DNA from: Candidatus Saccharimonadota bacterium
Lineage (GTDB): Bacteria; Patescibacteriota; Saccharimonadia; CAILAD01; GCA-016700035
Reading direction: 5' to 3'
NCBI GenBank assembly: GCA_046350755.1
Contig: JAXLZV010000001.1
Coordinates: 340,790-404,789 of the forward strand
DNA: 64,000 bases
The stretch's first letter is position 1; every line of letters starts with the position of its first letter. The position numbers and the translations under genes were made by a program. The notes under the pieces are model-generated. The model ran no database searches. It was not told the DNA's origin and was given only the letters and a program-made list of their open reading frames with translations. Of the stretch, positions 35,477 to 44,733 are shown piece after piece.

Positions 35477-36784
35477 TCAGCGCACCCGGTCGAGAACGAG
35501 CGCAAGATCAACTTCAGTCTGGTCGCCGGAACGCAGGTCTTTGAGCGCAACCGTACCAGCGGCAAGCTCTTTCTCGCCAATCACCGCCACATAAGGAACG
35601 GCTAGTTTATCAGCCCGCGCGAAGACCTTCGGCAGCTTAGTCTCAGCCATGACGAGCTCACAAGCAATGCCGGCGTCACGTAGGCTCGTCGCCAGTTGTC
35701 CGGCCAGCTCCCAAGCCTCGTCCATCATCGGTACGATAATTACTCGGCTAGGTGTCTGAGTCGCTAGATCAAGCTTGCCAGCGTCACGCAAGCCGTCGAA
35801 GAGCCGCGTCAAGCCGATCGATATTCCTACACCTGGCAGCGCCCGGTCGGTATAATATTGCGCCAGATCATCAAACCGACCACCCGAGCAGACACTACCA
35901 AGCTCCGGTAAGTCTGTCAGCAACGTCTCAAACACCGTTGAGGTGTAATAATCGAGACCGCGGGCAATCGAGCAGTCAATTTCTAGTTCTGATTCCTTAA
36001 CTCCACTGGCCATGGCTGCCGCAATCGCCCGCTCGAGTTCCTCGAGACCGGTCACGAGCTGCGAATTCCCGCTAGCTAGCTTTTGCAGCTCTGCAGTGAC
36101 CGCCGAGACAGACCCCCGCAACTCAGCCGTCTTCAAAAGCGTCGCGATTTGGGCCTTGTCCAAGCCCTCTTTACTCAGTAACTCTTTCACGCTCGCCTCG
36201 CCGATCTTCTCGAGCTTGTCGATAATGCGTAGCAGTCCAGTTGCCTTCTCAGCCACGCCCAGCGATTCATAGAGGCCGGTCAGAATCTTGCGATTATTCA
36301 CACGGATAACAAAATCCCCGACTGCCAAAGCCCGCATCGTGCTGGCTGCCAGGGCAATCATCTCGCCATCAACCGCGACATCGGCCTCGCCGACCACGTC
36401 CGCATCGCACTGGTAGAATTCACGCGCCCGACCTTTTTGTGCCCGTTCAGCCCGCCAAACTTTCTGTATCTGAGAGCGACGGAATGGAAAGGCCAGATCA
36501 TTCTGGTGCTCCGCCACGAAACGCGCTAATGGCACCGTCAGATCATAGTGCAATACGTAATCCTTCGACCCTTTACCGAAACGAAATACTTCCTGCTCAG
36601 TCTCGCCACCGCCCTTAGCGAGCAAGACTTCCGCTAGCTCTAATGCCGGTGTCTCAATCGGACCAAAACCCGCTGCCTCGTAGCTAGTACGAATCGTCGT
36701 CAGCAGCTTCTGAAAAGCCAGCTGTTCGGCCGGTAAATATTCGGGGAAGCCACTCGGACGACGCGGCGAAACACGGTTACTCAT
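35477..36784 (-). CDS. hisS: histidyl-tRNA synthetase
   Basis: Class II aaRS motifs: FRFGKGSKDY...RREQ-like, GGRFD, and a C-terminal anticodon-binding domain. Confidence 0.9.
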   Translation of the reverse strand: MSNRVSPRRPSGFPEYLPAEQLAFQKLLTTIRTSYEAAGFGPIETPALELAEVLLAKGGGETEQEVFRFGKGSKDYVLHYDLTVPLARFVAEHQNDLAFPFRRSQIQKVWRAERAQKGRAREFYQCDADVVGEADVAVDGEMIALAASTMRALAVGDFVIRVNNRKILTGLYESLGVAEKATGLLRIIDKLEKIGEASVKELLSKEGLDKAQIATLLKTAELRGSVSAVTAELQKLASGNSQLVTGLEELERAIAAAMASGVKESELEIDCSIARGLDYYTSTVFETLLTDLPELGSVCSGGRFDDLAQYYTDRALPGVGISIGLTRLFDGLRDAGKLDLATQTPSRVIIVPMMDEAWELAGQLATSLRDAGIACELVMAETKLPKVFARADKLAVPYVAVIGEKELAAGTVALKDLRSGDQTEVDLALVLDRVR

Positions 36785-36921
36785 ATCAATATTATCGGGC
36801 TTTTGGCTATAAAGCGCAAAGCGACGAATAAATGTTGAGCCCCGATCATCGAATGACGATCGGGGCTAGTGGACGGATGCAACGAAGTTGGGGTATCGGT
36901 TTGGGGCAGGCATGAGTCATC

Positions 36922-37065
36922 TCACGGATTCTTCATGCCGCCACGGGCAGTGCGGCTGACCCGCTTGAGCTTGCGCTGATGACCCTTCTTGCCGCTACCG
37001 CGACGAGTGCGGATCTTGCGCTTGCGGCGTGAGCCACTGATGTTACCATCACGTCTGGGCACCAT
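36922..37065 (-). CDS. small highly basic protein (47 aa), possibly ribosomal or nucleic-acid binding
   Basis: Strong SD (AAAGGAGAG) directly upstream of ATG. MVPRRDGNISGSRRKRKIRTRRGSGKKGHQRKLKRVSRTARGGMKNP. Not in the ORF track (<60 aa). Confidence 0.4.
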   Translation of the reverse strand: MVPRRDGNISGSRRKRKIRTRRGSGKKGHQRKLKRVSRTARGGMKNP

Positions 37066-37334
37066 CTCTCCTTTCGGGTCGTCGATGAAATGCACCGTTG
37101 CCTATCTGGCAAGCCTATTGTCCAATAAGATATACGCAGCACACAAGGTTAAGTATTATCAAAACGCTAGCGCTCCTCTCGAGAAAGGTATATACTGACT
37201 GACAGCAGCAAGCACTTGAGTAAAACACAAGTTTTTGGCAGCACCAAAAACCAAGTTGTGGCAGCAGCACACCTTGGTTTTTTTGTATCTCTCGATAGAT
37301 TAGTCGCTTTCAGGTATAATAACCGAGCAAATCT

Positions 37335-37411
37335 GCGCCTGTAGCTCAGCTGGATAGAGCGTGTGGCTTCGAACCACAAGGCCGGGGGTTCGAGTCCCTC
37401 CGGGCGCACCA
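37335..37411 (+). tRNA. tRNA-Arg (anticodon TCG)
   Basis: GCGCCTGTAGCTCAGCTGGATAGAGCGTGTGGCTTCGAACCACA...GGTTCGAGTCCCTCCGGGCGCACCA. Confidence 0.85.
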
Positions 37412-37469
37412 TTGATTAACCACCCATTTCTCGGTATAATATTTCGGTTTCACCACATTTTTTTGATGT

Positions 37470-37546
37470 GGGCCAGTAGCTCAGTTGGTTAGAGCACCTG
37501 CCTCTTAAGCAGGGTGTCGAGGGTTCGAGCCCCTCCTGGCCCTCCA
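37470..37546 (+). tRNA. tRNA-Lys (anticodon CTT)
   Basis: GGGCCAGTAGCTCAGTTGGTTAGAGCACCTGCCTCTTAAGCAGG...GGTTCGAGCCCCTCCTGGCCCTCCA. Confidence 0.85.
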
Positions 37547-37547
37547 G

Positions 37548-37582
37548 CCCTTATTCGACTCCTTCGGGAGTCTTTTTGTTAT
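37548..37582 (+). repeat. 35-nt terminator-containing repeat, copy 1
   Basis: CCCTTATTCGACTCCTTCGGGAGTCTTTTTGTTAT. A near-identical copy lies at 38125-38160. Confidence 0.6.
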
Positions 37583-37591
37583 CATGAACAA

Positions 37592-38098
37592 ATGCACCCT
37601 TTCGTAATTGCGCAAATCACCGGAACTATTGCGGTAATGCTTTCGATAGCAATGTATCAGTTTAATGATCGACGAACCATGTTGATCATCGATCTATTTA
37701 GCAGTGTGTTCTGGGCACTCACTTTTCTTGAGCTCGGTGCCTTAACGGGTTTATTTATCATCATCGTTGCAGGTGTATCAAATTTACTTTTCATATTTAT
37801 ACCACCAAGCAAAAAGAACCGATGGCTATTAGTGCTAATTATCCTATGGATGGTTGCGGCCACTGCTTTCACATGGGCAGGGCCAGCTAGCCTTTTAGCT
37901 ATGAGTGGTGCTGTACTGGGAGTTATAAGATTCTGGACCACTAACACGACAACAATCCGTCGTCTTGCGCTCGCCGCACCGCCATTTTGGCTTATGTATG
38001 ACCTGCTAACTGGAAACTATCCAGGGATTTTCATCGAAGTTATTGCCCTCGCGTCAAATCTCGTCGCTCAATATCGTTTTGATATGAAGAAGAGGTAA
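37592..38098 (+). CDS. YgjV-like inner membrane protein
   Basis: 169 aa with 5-6 TM helices. Start moved to ATG at 37592 to clear the tRNA. Confidence 0.5.
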   Translation: MHPFVIAQITGTIAVMLSIAMYQFNDRRTMLIIDLFSSVFWALTFLELGALTGLFIIIVAGVSNLLFIFIPPSKKNRWLLVLIILWMVAATAFTWAGPASLLAMSGAVLGVIRFWTTNTTTIRRLALAAPPFWLMYDLLTGNYPGIFIEVIALASNLVAQYRFDMKKR

Positions 38099-38124
38099 TA
38101 GCGACAGATCCATGATGACCCCAT

Positions 38125-38160
38125 CCTTATTCGACTCTTTTGGGAGTCTTTTTTTGTTAT
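38125..38160 (+). repeat. 35-nt terminator-containing repeat, copy 2
   Basis: CCTTATTCGACTCTTTTGGGAGTCTTTTTTTGTTAT. Confidence 0.6.
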
Positions 38161-38169
38161 AGTTATCCT

Positions 38170-38718
38170 ATGACGCGCTACCTCGCTCTACTCCGTGGCG
38201 TCAACGTCGGCGGTAAAGGCATGCTCAAGATGTCGGATCTCAAAGTAGCCATCGAACAGGCTGGCTTCAAGAACGTACAGACCTACATTAATAGTGGAAA
38301 TGTGCTTTTCTCCGCGGCTCCTACAGACACCCGCAAGCTCGCCCAAGACATTCATCAAATTATCCATACAACCTCTCAGCTAGATGTCGAGGTAATCGTA
38401 TTCACACATGACGAGTGGCGGCTCATCATCGAAGCTGCACCGCAGTGGTGGGGAGAGAATAAGGAATGGAAGCATAACTTACTCATTCTGATCCCGCCAT
38501 ATGACATGAGAGCAGTCATAGCCGCAGTTGGCGAGCTCAAGCCAGACATCGAAGCCATGCAGTCGGGTGATGGGGTTCTCTACCAATCAATGTCGAAAGC
38601 CCTCTTCGGCCGCACCACCACCGGCAAGCTAGCCAGCAACCCGATCTATAAAAAGATGACGATCCGTAACTTCAACACCGCCACCAAACTCCTCACGTTA
38701 CTTGAAGGTACCGGCTGA
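38170..38718 (+). CDS. DUF1697-family protein
   Basis: MTRYLALLRGVNVGGKGMLKMSDLK is the typical DUF1697 N-terminus. Confidence 0.6.
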   Translation: MTRYLALLRGVNVGGKGMLKMSDLKVAIEQAGFKNVQTYINSGNVLFSAAPTDTRKLAQDIHQIIHTTSQLDVEVIVFTHDEWRLIIEAAPQWWGENKEWKHNLLILIPPYDMRAVIAAVGELKPDIEAMQSGDGVLYQSMSKALFGRTTTGKLASNPIYKKMTIRNFNTATKLLTLLEGTG

Positions 38719-38754
38719 GTTGCACTCTCAATCATCGGGTGAAATACTAGGCTT

Positions 38755-39114
38755 ATGACAGTCATCGACGAATATCTCAAGCACGTAGCACCGCCCGAAA
38801 AAGCTGAGCTGGAACGGATTCGCAAGCTCGTGCACTCCATTGTGCCCAGCGCCACTGAGCTCATCAGCTATGGCGTCCCTTGTTTCGATTACTTAGATCG
38901 TCATCTCATCTTCTTTGCAGCTGCGAAACATCATCTCAGTATCTTCCCGGGATCAGAGCCAGTAGCAACTTTCCAGGAAGAGCTCAAAGATTTTCACACC
39001 TCAAAAGGCACCATTCGCTTCACGGTTGATCAGCCAATTCCCGCAGGATTACTCCGCAAGATCATCAAGCAATGCATGCATACTATTGAAATCAAACGAA
39101 CCAAGTTAGCATGA
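38755..39114 (+). CDS. DUF1801 (YdhG-like) protein
   Basis: 119 aa; ...ELISYGVPCFDY...FAAAKHHLSIFPG pattern. Confidence 0.55.
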   Translation: MTVIDEYLKHVAPPEKAELERIRKLVHSIVPSATELISYGVPCFDYLDRHLIFFAAAKHHLSIFPGSEPVATFQEELKDFHTSKGTIRFTVDQPIPAGLLRKIIKQCMHTIEIKRTKLA

Positions 39115-39470
39115 CCACTGCCACACAGAAAATCGATACCTATCTAGCTGATCTGCCCGACTGGCAAAATCAGAATCTAGCACTCTTTCGCCGCCTCGTA
39201 CATGAGGCTGAACCAAAAATAGTCGAAGACTGGAAGTGGAACGTGCCGTTCTTCATGCTCGACGGCAAGATGGTATTTGCCATGTCAGCCTTCAAGGCTC
39301 ACACGAAGTACAATTTTATCGCCAACGGCGCCCTACTCAACGATCCGCATAAGCTCTTTAATAATGGCCTGGAATCAAAGAAGTCGCGCGGCATTGATCT
39401 GCATGAAGACGAAGCAATCAACCAAGCTCAACTCAAAGCACTAATCCAGGAATCGATACAACTGCTCTAA
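39111..39470 (+). CDS. DUF1801 (YdhG/YdeI-like) protein, tandem paralog
   Basis: 119 aa; 4-nt overlap with the upstream paralog. Confidence 0.55.
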   Translation: MTTATQKIDTYLADLPDWQNQNLALFRRLVHEAEPKIVEDWKWNVPFFMLDGKMVFAMSAFKAHTKYNFIANGALLNDPHKLFNNGLESKKSRGIDLHEDEAINQAQLKALIQESIQLL

Positions 39471-40162
39471 GTTTTGCGCAACAACTTCTGCTGCACAGCC
39501 TCGAGACTACGGCTGACTCCCGTGCCCGGCTGCAAATAGCGATAAACAATCAGTGCCCAAGCCAAACTGACACACCATGCAGCTAAGATGTCGGTTGGAA
39601 AATGTACGCCGAGATACAAACGGCTCAAGCCAACCAAACCGGCATATACGCCGCCAGCGATGATAGCCGGCCAGCGCCATTTCGTCCGCCACAAGATCAC
39701 GATCACAGCAAATACCAGCGCACTGCTGGCCATCGCATGACCACTCGGAAACGAATAGCTTTTCTCCACTACCAGTGCCTGCCAAAATGATGGCCGGCTA
39801 CGCTGAAAGATTTGCTTGAGGATGGCATTCATCCCCGTGGCGCCGATAGCAATCAAGCCAAACATAACAAGCTGCCGCCAGCGCCCGCGCCAAGCTAAAA
39901 AGCCCATAATAGCCAGAGTAATCGCAATGATCACCAGGGTACTACCAAAAGTAGTGATCACGATCATGAGCCGATCGAGCGTCGGATTCGCATAGGCATG
40001 TATCGTCTCAAGCACCCAGACATCAAGGCGAATCGGCTCGCGCTCTAGTACTTCGCCTGCCAGGGCGACAAACATGGCTACAAGCGACCAAAAGAGTAGG
40101 GTCACGAGCGTGAACTTCTGGATAGACAGCCTCACGAGATGATTGAGCTTACGCGTTGCCAT
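39467..40162 (-). CDS. PAP2-family phosphatase (phosphatidate / undecaprenyl-diphosphate phosphatase-like)
   Basis: KxxxxxxRP (KQIFQRSRP), PSGH and SRLYLGVHFPTD motifs. 6 TM. Confidence 0.75.
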   Translation of the reverse strand: MATRKLNHLVRLSIQKFTLVTLLFWSLVAMFVALAGEVLEREPIRLDVWVLETIHAYANPTLDRLMIVITTFGSTLVIIAITLAIMGFLAWRGRWRQLVMFGLIAIGATGMNAILKQIFQRSRPSFWQALVVEKSYSFPSGHAMASSALVFAVIVILWRTKWRWPAIIAGGVYAGLVGLSRLYLGVHFPTDILAAWCVSLAWALIVYRYLQPGTGVSRSLEAVQQKLLRKT

Positions 40163-40243
40163 AACTGTCTTTCATTATACGCCCTGACTTTACATGCCCA
40201 AGGCAAAGCCGCCATACTCAGTGTGAAGCAACGAGGATCCACT

Positions 40244-40822
40244 ATGTATAAGCCCCAATCACTTGAGCAGGTTGTATTGGTCGACGAAAACGATCGGCCA
40301 GTCGGCACTACCGACAAGTCAACCGTACACACACAAGACACGCCTTTGCACCGAGCCTTTTCGCTCTTCTTGTTTGATGACCACAATCGCCTACTTTTGC
40401 AACGTCGTGCCGAGCACAAAGTCACGTGGCCCGGCATCTGGAGTAACTCAGTCTGTGGACACCCATTGCCAGACGAAGGCTACACGGCCGCGGCGCAACG
40501 CCGCCTCAGCTACGAGCTAGGTATTCATGTCCCGACCGAGGCAATTCATATGGTGATACCTGATTATCGCTACCGGTATGAGTTTCAGGGCGTCGTGGAG
40601 AATGAATTCTGCCCCGTCTTGGTCGTCCGCCAGGCAGTGACACCAAAGCCAAACCCCGATGAAGTGAGCGATATACGCTGGGTGCAATGGGATGATTTTC
40701 TCAACGAGATCCAGCAACCAAATACCTACTCCGAATGGTGCGTCGAGGAAGCTCAACTGCTCGCAAAATCAGAAAAGCTGCAACACATACTACGCAATAC
40801 AACCGGCGGTGACTCATTATGA
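40244..40822 (+). CDS. idi: isopentenyl-diphosphate delta-isomerase (type 1, Nudix fold)
   Basis: HRAFSLFLFDDHNRLLLQRRAEHKVTWPGIWSNSVCGHP. Start chosen at MYKPQSLEQ. Confidence 0.8.
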   Translation: MYKPQSLEQVVLVDENDRPVGTTDKSTVHTQDTPLHRAFSLFLFDDHNRLLLQRRAEHKVTWPGIWSNSVCGHPLPDEGYTAAAQRRLSYELGIHVPTEAIHMVIPDYRYRYEFQGVVENEFCPVLVVRQAVTPKPNPDEVSDIRWVQWDDFLNEIQQPNTYSEWCVEEAQLLAKSEKLQHILRNTTGGDSL

Positions 40823-41082
40823 AGCGCTCTAGTCGACTTATTATCATCATTATCAGCCTGATAGCACCTATGCTCGTAGGCTGGTTGCGTGGCATGAACG
40901 ATCCTAGCGGCTGGAGCACCCTAGTTGGCTTTTTCATCGGCAGCATTGGTGCGGTTATTATTGGGATAGCTGGTGCGCTAGTAGCATTTTTGCTACGCAA
41001 TCGACCTAACGAACATATTTCTTTGTACGTTTACTGCCTCGCGTCGATCTCGCTCTGTGTTTTCCTACTAGCGACGGCTTAG
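40819..41082 (+). CDS. small membrane protein
   Basis: 87 aa with 3 hydrophobic helices. ATGA overlap with idi. Confidence 0.4.
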   Translation: MKRSSRLIIIIISLIAPMLVGWLRGMNDPSGWSTLVGFFIGSIGAVIIGIAGALVAFLLRNRPNEHISLYVYCLASISLCVFLLATA

Positions 41083-41153
41083 TTTTTATATCGGCCTAGC
41101 TCTATGCGATGATTGAAATAACTGTCCATATCTGTTAGGATAAGTCAGTTTTA

Positions 41154-41230
41154 CGGGGTGTGGCGCAGTTGGCTAGCGCGCCTGCTTTGGGAGCAGGAGG
41201 CCGGAGGTTCGAGTCCTCTCACCCCGACCA
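41154..41230 (+). tRNA. tRNA-Pro (anticodon TGG)
   Basis: CGGGGTGTGGCGCAGTTGGCTAGCGCGCCTGCTTTGGGAGCAGG...GGTTCGAGTCCTCTCACCCCGACCA. Confidence 0.85.
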
Positions 41231-41355
41231 TGACAAGGCCCGACTCATCCGAGTCGGGTTTTGTCATAGCTGACAGAGGGCTCGAAACCCGAGGTTCGCT
41301 ATTCGAGGACGCGCGCAAGAGCTCGCTCCGAGCACGCCGCAAGAATATACAGAGT

Positions 41356-41374
41356 AGTCCTCTCACCCCGACCA
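41356..41374 (+). repeat. 19-nt direct repeat of tRNA-Pro 3' end
   Basis: AGTCCTCTCACCCCGACCA is identical to 41212-41230. It lies 126 nt downstream of the tRNA. Confidence 0.7.
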
Positions 41375-41469
41375 ACTAAAATGTCCGAGCGTTGTCTCGG
41401 GCTTTTTAGTTGGCCTGCGACGCGAACTAAGTTCTCCGGGCGAATTCTGAAAACCTACTCACCCGCGCG

Positions 41470-42072
41470 CTAGACTAGCGGCACGAACGCAAAACCAGAA
41501 AATATCTCCTGATTAATGCGGCCAGCCTTATGCTTTTTCACTTGCACGATATCTTCCCCAATCGGCAACACCATGATGCCAGGGCTCGCTAGCTGTTCAC
41601 ACAGCTCCAGCGGCAAAGTTTCTGCTGCTGCCGATACTAAAATGCGATCAAACGGAGCCTGCTCAGGCATGCCTAGCGTCTCGCCCGGCGCCTCAACAAT
41701 GACATTCGGAAACGCATAGTGCGCGAGATTGCGCTGAGCAAACTTCACCAGCTCGGAAATTTTTTCGATGCCATACACGTTACCAGTCGGCCCAACCATC
41801 TGAGCTAGTAAAGCTGTTGTCCACCCCGAGCCACAGCCGATATCGAGAACTTTTTGGCCTGGACGTACGTCCAAGAGATTCAACATAAAGGCCACCGTGT
41901 AAGGTTGGGAAATTGTCTGACCATGCCCGATCGATAGAGGATGATCCTCGTAGGCGCGCAACCGATCGACCGGCCGCACAAACCGACGACGATCGGTGGC
42001 AGTAAAGGCCGCCCGGACAGCCGGGTTCCGTAGAACGCCAGCTTGCTCTAATTGATTAACTAGATCTTCCAT
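41470..42072 (-). CDS. pcm: protein-L-isoaspartate O-methyltransferase
   Basis: VLDIGCGSGW motif I; characteristic PIMT layout. Confidence 0.85.
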   Translation of the reverse strand: MEDLVNQLEQAGVLRNPAVRAAFTATDRRRFVRPVDRLRAYEDHPLSIGHGQTISQPYTVAFMLNLLDVRPGQKVLDIGCGSGWTTALLAQMVGPTGNVYGIEKISELVKFAQRNLAHYAFPNVIVEAPGETLGMPEQAPFDRILVSAAAETLPLELCEQLASPGIMVLPIGEDIVQVKKHKAGRINQEIFSGFAFVPLV

Positions 42073-42156
42073 ACTTCTAGTCTACGCCCTTTCCTGAATA
42101 CCGCCACCTGGAGACCATGCTTTGCCAGGTGTATAATGCGGGTAGGAGAAATTCAT

Positions 42157-42411
42157 ATGAGTAACGATGTTTTTAGTCAAACGGTCGGCACGTTTATCCA
42201 ACAAAACATTTGGTGGATAATCGCCATCTATGCGTGGTCATTATTTTGGAAGGGTGTGGCACTCTGGAAATCAGCCCGCGAGGGCCAGTCAGTCTGGTTT
42301 GTAGTCTTCCTATTTGTAAATACCATTGGCATCCTTGAGATCCTCTACATCTTCTACTTCTCAAAGCATACTGGCTTGCCCAAGGGTCCCACTAAAGATC
42401 TCGAGACCTAG
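42157..42411 (+). CDS. small membrane protein
   Basis: TATAAT -10 and AGGAG RBS upstream. Two TM helices. Confidence 0.45.
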   Translation: MSNDVFSQTVGTFIQQNIWWIIAIYAWSLFWKGVALWKSAREGQSVWFVVFLFVNTIGILEILYIFYFSKHTGLPKGPTKDLET

Positions 42412-42440
42412 CCGGGAGACTCAAAAACTGGCTCCCATAT

Positions 42441-42516
42441 CGGGGTGTGGCGCAGTTGGTAGCGCGCGTCGTTCGGGACGACGAGGTCGCTGGTTCAAGT
42501 CCGGTCACCCCGACCA
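42441..42516 (+). tRNA. tRNA-Pro (anticodon CGG)
   Basis: CGGGGTGTGGCGCAGTTGGTAGCGCGCGTCGTTCGGGACGACG...GGTTCAAGTCCGGTCACCCCGACCA. Confidence 0.85.
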
Positions 42517-42608
42517 ATACTTACAAGCGTTCAGGAAAAACCTGAGCTTTTTTGCATAAAAAAAACCGCGCGCTCAGTGCTGAGACACGCGGGGGTTGAA
42601 GATCGGGA

Positions 42609-43154
42609 TCAGGGAGCTGAGACCAGCGCCGGCTGGATGGCACCGCCGCCGGACTCAGAGCCACCGCTCAGAGCAGGCGTACCACCGGTACCACCATCGC
42701 CACCGCCGCCGGGCAACATCGCTTCGGAGCCACCATCGGCCGGCTGCAGCACCTCCTCGTCATCGCCGTCGAAGCCGTCGATGAGTGAGGTGTACTCACG
42801 GCTGTCGAAGGCGGCGATGAAGTCGATCAGCGTCTGCGGCAGACCAACTTCGTAGCAGTGGGTGCCATCGGCATCAGTCGCCTCGCTGTAGTTGATGCAT
42901 CCGTTCCACTCGCGCGAGATCGCGGCGGCATCAGTCCGGAAGAAAACGCTCAGCTTGTTGGCACCGACCGTCACGGCTCGACCCGTGGCCTGCTCGAATG
43001 CCCGAGCGATGACGCACTCGTACGCATCGCTGGGTACGCCCTTCGGCAAGCCGCCGATGTCATCTCCGCCGAGGATGCGGAAGACAGGGTTCAGATAACT
43101 GAGGATCTGAGTGGTAGGAACCGCATTGGCTGTCATGCCATCTCCCTTGCTCAA
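42609..43154 (-). CDS. GC-rich hypothetical protein
   Basis: 181 aa with a Gly-rich C-terminus. Markedly higher GC than the flanks. Adjacent to tRNA-Pro. Confidence 0.4.
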   Translation of the reverse strand: MSKGDGMTANAVPTTQILSYLNPVFRILGGDDIGGLPKGVPSDAYECVIARAFEQATGRAVTVGANKLSVFFRTDAAAISREWNGCINYSEATDADGTHCYEVGLPQTLIDFIAAFDSREYTSLIDGFDGDDEEVLQPADGGSEAMLPGGGGDGGTGGTPALSGGSESGGGAIQPALVSAP

Positions 43155-43312
43155 GGTACATTAAGGTGACTATATTCCTGCGTTGACCAGGAGTCAAGCA
43201 TATTGCGCTACTGCTTCCGCCTGCCACTTGCCTATATATCGCGAGCTCAAGCAGCCGTTTTTTACAAATGACACTTGCAATGTGTGCGCGAGTAAGAAAA
43301 GATGATGAAGAC

Positions 43313-44692
43313 ATGAAATCCAAGCCGCAATCCACACGCCGCAAATTCTTCCATCAATGGCTTGCCTGGACCAAGCAACATCAAGTCATGGTGGCGATCA
43401 TCGGCCTGCTGACACTTGGCTTTATTACGCGCTTTTTTCTCTTTGGCTACCCGAGCTCAGCAGTGTTTGACGAGGTCTACTTTGGCAAATTTGTCGGTAA
43501 CTATTTCTCTGGTAGCTATTTCTTTGATATCCACCCACCATTTGGGAAACTCTTAATCGCCGGCTTCGCCTGGGTAATGCGCTATAACCCAACCTCTTCA
43601 TTCGCAGCTATCGGCACGGCTTTTAGCGATAATGGCTACTTACTCTTGCGCTTCTTGCCCTCGCTGGCTGGCGCGCTGTTGCCTCTAGTTTTTTACGGCA
43701 TTGCCCGCGAATTCGGCCTGAAAAACCGGACAGCTTTTCTGATTGGACTGGCGGTCATACTTGATAATGCTCTGCTGGCTCAAAGCCGCTTTGTACTGAT
43801 TGATAGCTTACTGCTACTGTTTGGCTTTGCGTCGCTCTGGGCGTACCTCGTCTGGCGGCGGCGGCGCAAATGGCAGTGGATTGTCGGCGCTGCAGCTTTA
43901 GCCGGGATGGCAGTCAGCGTGAAATGGACCGCGGCGATTTTTCTAGCCCTGCCAATTATCATCGAGGTGTTGCGGTGGGTGCGCTGGCAACGTTTCGTGA
44001 AGGTTTTAGCCGTCTACTTTGCGATCCCCGTATTGCTATATCTCAGCTTTTTTGTCATCCACGTCAGTTTGCTCACGAAAACCGGCGACGGCGACGTCTT
44101 CATGACACCGGCCTTCCAGTCTGGTCTGCGCGGCAACCAGTACGCCAGTACAAATGAATATCGGCCTCTGAATTTACCAGCCAAAATCGTGGAGCTCAAC
44201 TACCAAATGTACGCCGCCAACCAACGCTTGACCGCTGGTCACCCTTACGGCAGTAAATGGTATACCTGGCCTATTATGTTGCGGCCGATTTCATATTGGG
44301 TGGAAGGAACTGGCGCGATCTGGCTCATCGGTAACCCGCTAGTCTGGTGGGGTTCACTCGCAGGACTATTAACACTTATTGGGATGTTGATCGCCAAGAA
44401 ACTCACTGTCAAAAGTTTTGATGCCGCCTGGATTGTCCTGATTGGTTTCGCGATTAGCTGGCTACCGTTTGCAGCAATTAGTCGTGTGATGTTCTTATAT
44501 CACTATTTTATCCCGCTTGGGTTTGCCATCCTGGCAGCGGGCATAGTGGTGGATCGCATGAGTCTCAAGGAACAAACCTTCATTGCACTCCTGCTCAGTG
44601 CCACCTTCCTGCTATTCGCTCCGGCTAGCTACGGCATAGCTATTAATCAGCAGTTGCTCAATCTTCGGAGCTGGCTACCAACTTGGCGCTAG
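43313..44692 (+). CDS. GT39-family protein O-mannosyltransferase (PMT-like)
   Basis: FDEVYFGKFVGNYFSGSYFFDIHPPFGKLL signature. Multi-TM. Confidence 0.8.
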   Translation: MKSKPQSTRRKFFHQWLAWTKQHQVMVAIIGLLTLGFITRFFLFGYPSSAVFDEVYFGKFVGNYFSGSYFFDIHPPFGKLLIAGFAWVMRYNPTSSFAAIGTAFSDNGYLLLRFLPSLAGALLPLVFYGIAREFGLKNRTAFLIGLAVILDNALLAQSRFVLIDSLLLLFGFASLWAYLVWRRRRKWQWIVGAAALAGMAVSVKWTAAIFLALPIIIEVLRWVRWQRFVKVLAVYFAIPVLLYLSFFVIHVSLLTKTGDGDVFMTPAFQSGLRGNQYASTNEYRPLNLPAKIVELNYQMYAANQRLTAGHPYGSKWYTWPIMLRPISYWVEGTGAIWLIGNPLVWWGSLAGLLTLIGMLIAKKLTVKSFDAAWIVLIGFAISWLPFAAISRVMFLYHYFIPLGFAILAAGIVVDRMSLKEQTFIALLLSATFLLFAPASYGIAINQQLLNLRSWLPTWR

Positions 44693-44733
44693 CTTTCAGG
44701 AATTTCTCATAATATACTTGCTACACTAAAAGC

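Noticed and set aside
37240-37300. Hairpin with T-tract (ACCAAAAACCAAG...CTTGGTTTTTTT) upstream of the tRNA-Arg/Lys pair
   Set aside because: Looks like a + strand terminator but no + strand gene precedes it. May terminate an unannotated sRNA. Insufficient evidence to call a feature.
37167-37412. Minus-strand ORF overlapping tRNA-Arg, and similar ORFs overlapping tRNA-Pro (41158-41379), tRNA-Gly (45221-45436) and tRNA-Arg/His (46039-46326)
   Set aside because: They overlap well-folded tRNA genes. Only the tail of 46039-46326 (ATG at 46210, 38-aa hydrophobic peptide) could conceivably be a separate small gene, and evidence is weak.
40244-40822. Possible link between idi (IPP isomerase) and retinal supply for the heliorhodopsin
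   Set aside because: idi alone does not indicate carotenoid or retinal synthesis. No crt or blh genes are in the window, and the genes are 33 kb apart.
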